Of a stretch of 33,245 nt of DNA, positions 10,457 to 18,927 are shown piece after piece. The notes under the pieces were generated by a model. It saw only the letters and a program-made list of their open reading frames with translations, was not told the origin of the DNA and did not search any database. Each line of letters starts with the position of its first letter. Position 1 is the first letter of the stretch. The stretch is from Proteobacteria bacterium UBA6915 (GTDB lineage Bacteria; Pseudomonadota; Gammaproteobacteria; UBA6915): positions 20,554 through 53,798 of the forward strand of contig DKAX01000154.1 of assembly GCA_002450975.1 (NCBI GenBank), in the 5' to 3' direction. A program made the translations under genes and the position numbers.

Positions 10457-10789
10457 ATGAGCTTTTTTATCTCTGATGCCCTGGCCGAAGGCGGTAGCGC
10501 GGCGGCCCAACAAGGCGGCCTGGCTGGTTTCCTGCCTTTGATTATTATCTTCGTCCTGTTCTATTTCCTGTTGATCCGCCCGCAGACCAAGCGTGCCAAG
10601 GAACACAAGGGCATGGTCGAGGCGCTGGCCAAGGGTGACGAAGTGATGACCGGTGGCGGCCTGGTCGGTCGTATCGCCAACGTGGAAGACAACTTCATCA
10701 CCTTGGAAATCGCTGAAGGGGTCAAGGTCAAGGTACAGAAACACGCCGTATCTTCACTATTACCCAAGGGCACTTTCAAAACCAACTAG
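10457..10789 (+). CDS. yajC: Preprotein translocase subunit YajC
   Basis: MSFFISDALA...FYFLLIRPQTKR...KGDEVMTGGGLVG; RBS AAGGAA; lies between tgt and secD. Confidence 0.96.
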   Translation: MSFFISDALAEGGSAAAQQGGLAGFLPLIIIFVLFYFLLIRPQTKRAKEHKGMVEALAKGDEVMTGGGLVGRIANVEDNFITLEIAEGVKVKVQKHAVSSLLPKGTFKTN

Positions 10790-10820
10790 TCAATAACAAA
10801 CAAAAGACGGGGCAGTCATT

Positions 10821-12689
10821 ATGCTTAATCAGTATCCCCTATGGAAATATCTACTCATCGTGGTCGTCGTGCTGGTCGGGGGACTGTACGCGATGCCAAA
10901 TCTCTACGGTGAAGACCCTGCGGTGCAGATCAGTGCCGTGCGTGAGACCGATATGGGCAGTTTCGCCCAGAAGCGGGTTGAGGACACCCTCAAGGGTGCC
11001 AACCTGAGTTATCGCTCATTGATTATGGATGACAAAGGGATACTGGTTCGCTTTGACAATACGGAAACCCAGCTAAAGGCCAAGGATCTGCTGCACAGTG
11101 CGCTGGGCAATGGTTATACCGTCGCCCTCAATCTGGCCACTGCCACGCCCAAGTGGCTTATTGATTTGGGTGCCCTGCCTATGTATCTGGGGCTGGATCT
11201 GCGAGGTGGTGTGCACTTTCTGATGGAGGTGGATGTAGACAGCGCGGTTAAAAAGGCCGACGAACGTTATATCAGTGATTACCGTGTTTTGTTACGTGAA
11301 GCCAAGGTGCGTTATCGCGGATTGGAACGTGTGGTTGGTGGCAAAGGGGGAGTGGAATTAAGCTTCGCCTCCGCCGATGATCGTGCCAAGGCGCGCAGTC
11401 TAATTAGTCGAGACAATCCCACCCTGGAGATGAGCGAGGACGAGGTCAACGGAAACTTTATTCTGGTGACCAGTCTCAGTGAAAAAGACAAATACGAAGT
11501 ACGCAAGCTGGCACTGAAGCAAAACATCACCACCTTGCGTAACCGCGTCAATGAACTGGGTGTGGCCGAGCCGGTGATTCAACAACAGGGCGAGAACCGC
11601 ATCGTGGTACAGCTGCCCGGTGTACAGGATACCGCCCGCGCAAAAATTATCCTAGGGGCGACCGCCACCCTGGAGTTCCGCCTGGTGGATGAGCAGAACA
11701 ATGTGCTGGATGCCATGGCGGGGCGCGTGCCGGTAGGCAGCAAGCTCTATGACCAGCGTGGTGGTGACAAGGTGTTGTTGAAGAACCGCGTCATGTTGAC
11801 CGGTGACTACATAATCGACGCCGCCTCCGGAATTGATCAGCAGAGCGGTGGACCCGCGGTTTATATCACCCTGGATGGCAAGGGGGCACGTATCTTCAGC
11901 AAGGTCACCGGTGAGAACGTCAAGAAGCTGATGGCAGTGGTCTTTATCGAGTCCAAGAGTGATATCCGCATGATCGACGGCAAACGTGTTATACAGAAGC
12001 GTCAGGTGGAAGAGGTTATCAACGTGGCGCGTATCCAGGAGCAGTTGAGCAAGCGCTTCCAGATCACCGGTCTGGATAGCACCGCCGAGTCCCGCGACCT
12101 GGCCTTGTTGCTGCGTGCCGGTGCCCTGGCTGCGCCTATCGATATCGTCGAAGAGCGTACCATTGGACCCAGCCTGGGACAGGACAATATTGACCAGGGT
12201 GTGCTCTCGGTCATCGTCGGCTTTGTCGTGGTCCTGGCCTTTATGCTGTTCTGGTATCGCGGTTTCGGTTTTTACGCCAACATTGCCCTGGGCATGAACC
12301 TGATCCTGATCGTGGCGGTGTTGTCCATGCTGCAGGCCACCCTGACGCTACCGGGTATCGCCGGTATCGTGTTAACTATAGGTATGGCGGTGGACGCCAA
12401 TGTGCTGATCTTCGAGCGTATCCGCGAGGAGCTGCGCCTGGGAAATAGCCCGCAGGCAAGTATTTCTGCCGGCTATGACAAGGCCTTCTCCACTATCGCT
12501 GACGCCAATATCACTACCTTGATTGCAGCGGTGATTCTGTTCGGCTTTGGTACCGGACCGATCAAGGGTTTTGCCATTACCTTGTCCATCGGTATCGTCA
12601 CCTCCATGTTTACCGCCATCATGGGCACCCGTGCCCTGGCCAATCTGATCTATGGCAAGCGCAAGCGCATTGCCAAACTGTCTATCTAG
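10821..12689 (+). CDS. secD: Protein translocase subunit SecD
   Basis: LGLDLRGGVHFL, RNRVNELGVAEP, IGPSLG, GMAVDANVLIFERIREE. Confidence 0.98.
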   Translation: MLNQYPLWKYLLIVVVVLVGGLYAMPNLYGEDPAVQISAVRETDMGSFAQKRVEDTLKGANLSYRSLIMDDKGILVRFDNTETQLKAKDLLHSALGNGYTVALNLATATPKWLIDLGALPMYLGLDLRGGVHFLMEVDVDSAVKKADERYISDYRVLLREAKVRYRGLERVVGGKGGVELSFASADDRAKARSLISRDNPTLEMSEDEVNGNFILVTSLSEKDKYEVRKLALKQNITTLRNRVNELGVAEPVIQQQGENRIVVQLPGVQDTARAKIILGATATLEFRLVDEQNNVLDAMAGRVPVGSKLYDQRGGDKVLLKNRVMLTGDYIIDAASGIDQQSGGPAVYITLDGKGARIFSKVTGENVKKLMAVVFIESKSDIRMIDGKRVIQKRQVEEVINVARIQEQLSKRFQITGLDSTAESRDLALLLRAGALAAPIDIVEERTIGPSLGQDNIDQGVLSVIVGFVVVLAFMLFWYRGFGFYANIALGMNLILIVAVLSMLQATLTLPGIAGIVLTIGMAVDANVLIFERIREELRLGNSPQASISAGYDKAFSTIADANITTLIAAVILFGFGTGPIKGFAITLSIGIVTSMFTAIMGTRALANLIYGKRKRIAKLSI

Positions 12690-12701
12690 GAGGGGGAAGA
12701 G

Positions 12702-13640
12702 ATGCAGTTATTGAAGAAGGAGACCAAGATCGATTTTATGGCCAAGCGTCAGCTGGCCGCGATCTTTTCCGGTCTGTTAATTGTGGTTGCCATCGTCTCG
12801 TTGTTTAGCCGCGGTCTGAATTTCGGCATCGATTTCACCGGTGGCACGCTCATCGAGATGGGCTATGGCAAACCGGTGGAATTGAATCAGGTGCGCGACA
12901 AACTGGCTGCCGGCGGTTTCGGTGATGCCGTGGTGCAGCACTTCGGCACCTCGCAGGATATTCTGGTGCGTATTGCGCCCCGTGAGCAGCTCAATTCCGC
13001 CGATATCAGCACCCAGGTGATGGATGCCTTGCGTGGTGGAGAGGCCGGTGATATCCAGATGCGACGCGTTGAGTTTGTCGGCCCACAGGTGGGCGACGAG
13101 TTGACCAACGACGGTGGCCTGGCTATGTTGTACGCCTTGATTGCCATCCTGATCTACGTCGCCCTGCGCTTCGAGTACCGCTTCTCTCTTGGTGCAGTGG
13201 CTGCCCTGGTACATGACGTTATTATCACCATTGGTTTTTTCTCAGTTACGCAGATTGAATTCGATTTGACGGTGTTGGCGGCGGTGCTGGCGGTGATCGG
13301 TTACTCGCTCAATGACACCATCGTGGTGTTCGATCGTATCCGGGAAAATTTTCGCAAGATGCGCAAGGGGACACCCATCGAGATCATGAATTCCTCTTTG
13401 AATCAGACCTTGTCGCGCACCCTGATGACCTCTTTCACCACCTTGCTGGTGTTGTTCGCCCTGGCCTTTTTAGGGGGGGCAATTATTCATGGCTTTGCCC
13501 TGGCGTTGATCGTGGGTATCGTCATCGGTACCTATTCGTCGATCTATGTTGCCAGTGCCGCGGCCCTGGCCCTGGGCGTGAGTAAGGCGGATCTGATGCC
13601 GGTGCAAAAGGAAGGCTCAGAATTGGACAATATGCCCTGA
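12702..13640 (+). CDS. secF: Protein translocase subunit SecF
   Basis: GIDFTGG, EFVGPQVG, GYSLNDTIVVFDRIREN, GTYSSIYVA. Confidence 0.98.
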   Translation: MQLLKKETKIDFMAKRQLAAIFSGLLIVVAIVSLFSRGLNFGIDFTGGTLIEMGYGKPVELNQVRDKLAAGGFGDAVVQHFGTSQDILVRIAPREQLNSADISTQVMDALRGGEAGDIQMRRVEFVGPQVGDELTNDGGLAMLYALIAILIYVALRFEYRFSLGAVAALVHDVIITIGFFSVTQIEFDLTVLAAVLAVIGYSLNDTIVVFDRIRENFRKMRKGTPIEIMNSSLNQTLSRTLMTSFTTLLVLFALAFLGGAIIHGFALALIVGIVIGTYSSIYVASAAALALGVSKADLMPVQKEGSELDNMP

Positions 13641-13662
13641 AAGGCAGAGCGAGGAACGACAC

Positions 13663-13696
13663 AAAGGCCTGACTGGTACCCAGTCGGGCCTTTTTA
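13663..13696. terminator. Intrinsic terminator, probably bidirectional
   Basis: AAAGGCCTGACTGG-TAC-CCAGTCGGGCCTTTTT between convergent secF and the usp gene. Confidence 0.85.
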
Positions 13697-13709
13697 TTGG
13701 CGGCGGATC

Positions 13710-14147
13710 TTAGGCCTTGATTCTGACCGTCAGTACATCACAAGGGGCGCCGTGCAGGATGGCATTGGCGGTAGACCCCAGTAACAGGCCCAGGCCGTGG
13801 GTGCCGTGGCTGCCCACAACAATCAGGTCTATGGCGTGCTCCTTGGCCAGGTGTATGACGCCTTGTTTGGCGCTGCCTATCTCCACCCAGCGATTGCTAA
13901 CGGGGATGTCCAATGCATTCGCCAGGGTTTCCAAACCTTTGCGCGCGTTCTCCATGATCTCCTTTTCCGTGTCCAGGCTGATGGGGGGCATAAAATCGTA
14001 GGCGGGTTCCACGATGATCTGGGCCACCACATGGACCAGGCTGAGTTGCGCAGAGTAGCGCTGGGCTAGATCTACCGCCCGCTGTAAAACCGTTTGGCTG
14101 TCCTTGGAGAGGTCTACTGCCGCCAAAATGTGTTTGTAGGCGCTCAT
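13710..14147 (-). CDS. Universal stress protein (UspA family)
   Basis: MSAYKHILAAVDLS...DLIVVGSHG..G...LLGSTANAILHGAPCDVLTVR; AGGAG RBS before ATG 14147. Confidence 0.95.
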   Translation of the reverse strand: MSAYKHILAAVDLSKDSQTVLQRAVDLAQRYSAQLSLVHVVAQIIVEPAYDFMPPISLDTEKEIMENARKGLETLANALDIPVSNRWVEIGSAKQGVIHLAKEHAIDLIVVGSHGTHGLGLLLGSTANAILHGAPCDVLTVRIKA

Positions 14148-14278
14148 GATTTTCTCCTTATTCGCTGAAACCAAAACACCGGCTTTTGTCTAAACTGATG
14201 ATTTTGGATATGGATTTTCTGCTAGGGTGCCTTCATATAGGTCTAGTGTAGTACACCATTAAGTTATAGGGGAATAGG

Positions 14279-16045
14279 TTGTTTCAGCTACTTGTCTTTT
14301 TCACTCTGTTACTGGCCGGGTCAACGGTACTGGCTGAGTCGTCGTTGGAGCGGGACTATCGATCCGTGGTAGACGGATTGTCTGAAAGTGTGCCGGAGTA
14401 TATGGATGACGGTGATGTACCGGCAGTGAGCGTTGCCCTGGTCGACGACCAGCGCCTGGTTTGGTCACAGGGGTTTGGTTTTGAAGATATCAAAAGTGGC
14501 AAAAAGGCCAGTGCTGATACCGTCTATCGTATCGGGGCATTGACGACTTTGTTCACCACCTATGCCACCTTGCAACAGGTGGAACGGGGCCGCCTGAATT
14601 TAGATCAACCGCTGAGTCGCTGGCTACCGGAGTTTAAGCCGCGCAGCCGCTTTCGGGATAGCGTGGCTATCACCCCCCGGCATATTCTTTCCCAACATTC
14701 AGGTTTACCCCTGAGCCTGTTTCGCGGTAGTTGGTCCAGTCGGCCGGTTTCGTTACAAACGCTGGCTGATCAGTTGCAATCAGTTGACGTGGCCTATCCG
14801 CCGCAAACAGTACATACCTATTCCAATATCGGATGGGCATTACTAGGGCACCTGTTGGCAAAGCAGAGTGGTTTGGCTTACGAGAAACTGATTCAACAGC
14901 AGCTACTGGAACCCTTACAAATGTCCCGCTCGGGGTTCGATCTGGCGGATAGCCCCATCACCGATTTGGCAATGGGATATAAGCAAGGCAAGCCGCGCGA
15001 GCGTCTCTATGCCCGCGATACACCGGCGCTGGGTATGGTATCGACGGTCAACGACATGAGTCACTTTGTTCACATGATTTTTGCTCAAGGGAGCTGGCAA
15101 GACCGGCGTATATTGAGTGCAGCGAGTCTGGATGAAGCGGCGCGTGTCCAAAATAGCGATCTCTCCTGGGATGTGCACTCCCCGGTCGGATTGGGTTGGT
15201 TGTTGAACAAGCTTCCGCTACAGGGAACAGGTCCTGTGTTGACGCGTTTCGGTTCGACCCTGTTGCATCGCAGTCGAGTAGTCCTGTTACCCGAACACAA
15301 GCTGGCAGTGGTTGTGATGGCCAATAGTTCAAACGCCTTCCCTGTATTGGAAAAAATTGTAAACCAAGCCGTGGCCGGCATGTTGGAAGTGAAGGCGGGT
15401 ATACGTCAGCCGGAATTGGATACGAGCGCGGATATCCCCCCCAAGGTTGACTTACCCCAAGCCGATTGGGCGGACCACTATGTCACGTTGGCGGGGCTGG
15501 TCAAGGTCGAGCACGCCAGTCCCGCAGCAGGGGCGACTTTGATGGGCAAGAGTCTCTATCTGACGCCGCTCGAACAAGGTTGGCAAGGTGTGGGCATCCG
15601 TCTATTCGGTTTTATTCCCCTGCGTTTTGGTTTTATCAAGGATATCAAGGTGAAGCCGGTGCAAATCGAAGATCGCCAGGCACTGCTGGGCTACTATCAG
15701 GGAAATGTGCGTTTGCTGGGAACGGCGGTAAAACCGCAGGCGCTCAATCACAGTAACAGCTGGCGTAAACGTGTTGGGGAATACGAGGCGATTAACAGTG
15801 ATGAGCTGCTCGACTGGATGGATGCGCGAACCCTTACTCTCAAGGAACGGGATGGTCTACTATTTTTCGCCTATAAGTTACCTACTTGGTTTGATCTGGA
15901 GATGGAGATTCCTATCGAGGTCATTGATGACCAAACTGCAGTCATTCCGGGTTACGGCAGCGTTATGGGGGAAACCATTCGTTTGGCGCAGGATAAGCAG
16001 GAAGAATTGATCTCTTACGGCGGTTATCTTCTGAAGCGCAAATAA
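14279..16045 (+). CDS. Secreted beta-lactamase/D-peptidase-fold (serine hydrolase family) protein, catalytic motif degenerate
   Basis: Signal peptide; VPAVSVALVDDQ..VWSQGFG, ITPRHILSQHSGL, YSNIG..LLG, PLQMSRSGF, LPEHKLAVVVMANS. The SxxK position reads ALTT. Confidence 0.85.
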   Translation: MFQLLVFFTLLLAGSTVLAESSLERDYRSVVDGLSESVPEYMDDGDVPAVSVALVDDQRLVWSQGFGFEDIKSGKKASADTVYRIGALTTLFTTYATLQQVERGRLNLDQPLSRWLPEFKPRSRFRDSVAITPRHILSQHSGLPLSLFRGSWSSRPVSLQTLADQLQSVDVAYPPQTVHTYSNIGWALLGHLLAKQSGLAYEKLIQQQLLEPLQMSRSGFDLADSPITDLAMGYKQGKPRERLYARDTPALGMVSTVNDMSHFVHMIFAQGSWQDRRILSAASLDEAARVQNSDLSWDVHSPVGLGWLLNKLPLQGTGPVLTRFGSTLLHRSRVVLLPEHKLAVVVMANSSNAFPVLEKIVNQAVAGMLEVKAGIRQPELDTSADIPPKVDLPQADWADHYVTLAGLVKVEHASPAAGATLMGKSLYLTPLEQGWQGVGIRLFGFIPLRFGFIKDIKVKPVQIEDRQALLGYYQGNVRLLGTAVKPQALNHSNSWRKRVGEYEAINSDELLDWMDARTLTLKERDGLLFFAYKLPTWFDLEMEIPIEVIDDQTAVIPGYGSVMGETIRLAQDKQEELISYGGYLLKRK

Positions 16046-16046
16046 T

Positions 16047-16074
16047 AAAAAAGGATCCCGAAGGATCCTTTTTT
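16047..16074. terminator. Bidirectional intrinsic terminator
   Basis: AAAAAAGGATCC-CGAA-GGATCCTTTTTT, perfect inverted repeat with a T tract on both strands. Confidence 0.9.
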
Positions 16075-16090
16075 AAGTCTAACTCAGTGC

Positions 16091-16228
16091 TTAGCAATCA
16101 CCAGACGATGAACCGTACAGATTGCCGTCCAGCTCCAGATTTTGAGCCTCATAGAAGCTCTTGGAAGCAGCGTGGCTCATAGAAGCGAACATCAGAGTGG
16201 TGAAGATGATTGCAAGTACTTTTTTCAT
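16091..16228 (-). CDS. 45-aa secreted peptide precursor (not in the ORF track)
   Basis: MKKVLAIIFTTLMFASMSHA|ASKSFYEAQNLELDGNLYGSSSGDC*; AGGGG RBS 7 nt upstream; terminator 16 nt after the stop. Confidence 0.75.
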   Translation of the reverse strand: MKKVLAIIFTTLMFASMSHAASKSFYEAQNLELDGNLYGSSSGDC

Positions 16229-16551
16229 AGCTCTACCCCTTTGTAGATTTAAATATTCAGATAACAGTCTTGTTTAAAAGTTGTTACCAGTTACGAATCG
16301 CTCGTGACAAGATTAACGTTCTTCAGGCGCCAGTCTTGAAGTGGTTCGGACAAAACCTGCGGGGTAACTCACAAAAAAAGTGTAACTTGTTGACGGAATT
16401 GTTCAGGTACTGGCTGTGGGGTGGCGGCGATGACAGCGTAACCTGTTGAATTGACAATGTATTAAGCAAGAATGGCGCGGTAGGTCTCAAGTTGTGAATC
16501 AATCGTGGTTTTGCGCTCTATAGCGCTAGACTAGGCCTTGAATGAAGGTAA

Positions 16552-18252
16552 CTAGTGAGTTTTTTTACCCAGCGTCAGTAATACCAGAGACAGCACCAAT
16601 AGCCCCAGCATAAAAGAAAGGCCGGCGTTGTAACCCAGCGCGGCGGGGAGATAACCAAATATCAGGGCCGTGACACCGACGGTCAAGGCGTAGGGCAATT
16701 GAGTTTCCACATGGTGCAGGTGATCACAGCCGCTGGCAATGGAGCTCATCAGTGTAGTATCGGAGATGGGCGAACAGTGATCACCGAAGATGGCGCCATC
16801 CAGAATCGCTCCCATGGTGATCATCGTGACCGGGCCGTAACTGTTTCCATCCAATTGGTAGGCAATGGGCAGCATGGTAGGTATCAGAATAGACATAGTG
16901 CCCCAGCTTGTGCCAGTGCCGAAAGATACCAGGGAGGCGAGCAGAAAGATCAATGCGGGAAACCATAGCGGTGACACGGTCTGCCCTGCGGTTGTCGCCA
17001 GGAAGGCGCCGGTTCCCAGGTCATCACAACTGGATTTCAATGACCAGGCCAGTAGCAGGATTGCCATAGGCAATAATCCACTTTGAATGCCTTTGATGAA
17101 GGTGCGAAACAGGATTTGACGGGAAAGTTTTGCCAAAACAAGCGCTGAAATCGCTGCGGTCACTAAACCGCAAAATGCCGCCAACATGAGCAGAGTGGCA
17201 TTGTTCTGAGTGTGGGAGATGACATCCAGCCACACGGTCGGCGATAGAAAACTGAGCAGATGTTGTCTGCTATAGGTAAGTCCACCGCCATCAATCCAGA
17301 GGCCGCACAGCAGCACGGCAAACAGAACGCCAATCGGTAACAATGCCACTGGCAGCCGATGACGGACACCGTTTTCAGGTTCGGAAAGGCTGAAACCTTT
17401 ACTCGTCAGCGGTCGCGCATCATCGGCCAATACCTTATGCTCATGCCAGGCCCGCAGCTGTGCCTTGTGCATGCCGGCATAATCCCTCTGCAGCAGGATG
17501 TTCAGGAACAAAAAGCCAATCATGAGAAAGCAGTAAAAGCGGAAACCCAGGGCGTCGAAGAACATGCTGTAGCCGTCCTTTCCCAGGGATAGAGAGTCCG
17601 AGATCTGGCTGAAAAGGCCGGCTTCGAAACCAATCCAGGTGCTGATTACGGCGATGCCGGCAATCGGCGCGCTGGTAGCGTCAACGATAAAGGCTAATTT
17701 TTCCCTGCTGATATACTGTTTGTCCGCAACCGGGCGCATGGAGGAGCCGATTATCATAGTGTTGGCGTAGTCATCGATAAATACCGCCAGTCCGAGCAAC
17801 ATGGCAGTAAACTGGGTGGAACGTTGCGAGCGGGTATAGCGCAACAAACGCTGAATGAGTGCGGCCAGACCGCCGGATGCAATCATTATATTGATCATAG
17901 TAAGGATGAGGATGACGAAGGCCAGTATTTTCAGGCTCCAGGGATCGGTCAACGCGTTGGCAATATAGACACCGGATTTTACACTACCATACAGCCATCG
18001 GCCTGATGTCAGCTCAGAGAGAAAACCGCCAATGATGACAGCGATAAACAGGCTGGCGATCAGTCTGTGGGTTATAAAGGCAAGGATTACGGCGACTAGC
18101 GGTGGGGTGATGCTGTACCAAAGGAGCTCCGACGAGCGCGCTATTGACCGTGATTGATCATAGGCAAGCAGTAACAAAATCAGAAAAAGAGTCAGGCCGA
18201 ATAGCCAACGCAAGGCGGGTTTGCTGTGTATCGTTCGTTGATAGAGTGTCAT
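16552..18252 (-). CDS. Na+/H+ antiporter NhaC-family transporter
   Basis: FIDDYAN, ISREKLAFIVDATSAP, GTGTSWGT, GAIFGDHCSPISDTT, HVETQLPYA. Start uncertain; ATG 18252 avoids overlap with the upstream gene. Confidence 0.88.
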   Translation of the reverse strand: MTLYQRTIHSKPALRWLFGLTLFLILLLLAYDQSRSIARSSELLWYSITPPLVAVILAFITHRLIASLFIAVIIGGFLSELTSGRWLYGSVKSGVYIANALTDPWSLKILAFVILILTMINIMIASGGLAALIQRLLRYTRSQRSTQFTAMLLGLAVFIDDYANTMIIGSSMRPVADKQYISREKLAFIVDATSAPIAGIAVISTWIGFEAGLFSQISDSLSLGKDGYSMFFDALGFRFYCFLMIGFLFLNILLQRDYAGMHKAQLRAWHEHKVLADDARPLTSKGFSLSEPENGVRHRLPVALLPIGVLFAVLLCGLWIDGGGLTYSRQHLLSFLSPTVWLDVISHTQNNATLLMLAAFCGLVTAAISALVLAKLSRQILFRTFIKGIQSGLLPMAILLLAWSLKSSCDDLGTGAFLATTAGQTVSPLWFPALIFLLASLVSFGTGTSWGTMSILIPTMLPIAYQLDGNSYGPVTMITMGAILDGAIFGDHCSPISDTTLMSSIASGCDHLHHVETQLPYALTVGVTALIFGYLPAALGYNAGLSFMLGLLVLSLVLLTLGKKTH

Positions 18253-18304
18253 TGCAGTAAACAATATGCCGAAATATAGTGGACAGCAACTTGCATCGCA
18301 TAAT

Positions 18305-18862
18305 CTAACCGGGCTGTCGGGCCCTGCCAGGTTGCCACAAGACATCACTATTACCAGAGTCTCTATTTATGATACGGGCCATGACAAACAATAGATCGGA
18401 CAGCCGGTTGACATAGGCGATGGCCAATGGGTTGATTGCCGCCTGTTTTTGCAGGCTTACCAGGCGCCGCTCCGCGCGACGGCAAACCGTACGCGCTTGA
18501 TGACAAAAGGCGCCAGCCTGACTACCGCCGGGTAGGATGAATTCCTTTAGCGGCGGCAGTAACTCGTTGAGGTGATCAAGGCGGTTCTCCAGGTGTTGTA
18601 TATACCGATCTTCTATCGTTTGGCGGCCGCCAGCCAATTCTCCTCCCAGATCGAATAAGTTTTGCTGGATGTCGCTCAAGTCGGCCTTTACTGGTGAGTG
18701 CGGCAAAAAACTGATTACAACACCAATCAGGCTGTTGAGTTCATCGATCGCCCCAAGCGTTTCGATGACTATATCGTCTTTGTCGGTCCGACGGTTATCC
18801 GCCAATCCGGTTGTGCCCTGGTCACCCGTGCGGGTGTAGATCTTGGATAATCGGTGGCCCAT
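18305..18862 (-). CDS. pduO: PduO-type ATP:cob(I)alamin adenosyltransferase
   Basis: KIYTRTGDQGTTGL, GAIDELNS, LKEFILPGG, ARTVCRRAERR, YVNRLSDLLFVMAR. Confidence 0.93.
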   Translation of the reverse strand: MGHRLSKIYTRTGDQGTTGLADNRRTDKDDIVIETLGAIDELNSLIGVVISFLPHSPVKADLSDIQQNLFDLGGELAGGRQTIEDRYIQHLENRLDHLNELLPPLKEFILPGGSQAGAFCHQARTVCRRAERRLVSLQKQAAINPLAIAYVNRLSDLLFVMARIINRDSGNSDVLWQPGRARQPG

Positions 18863-18927
18863 GTGCTGTTCTAGGTGAGTTTATGTGTCGATATGTACCG
18901 TTCCGGGAATATGGCTGCGGCCTCAGT

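Noticed and set aside
16290-16350. Sigma54/sigmaE promoter or GTTACGA..TCGTGAC repeat upstream of the 45-aa gene
   Set aside because: TGGC lacks a correctly spaced TTGC, the sigmaE spacing is poor, and the short imperfect repeat could be chance.
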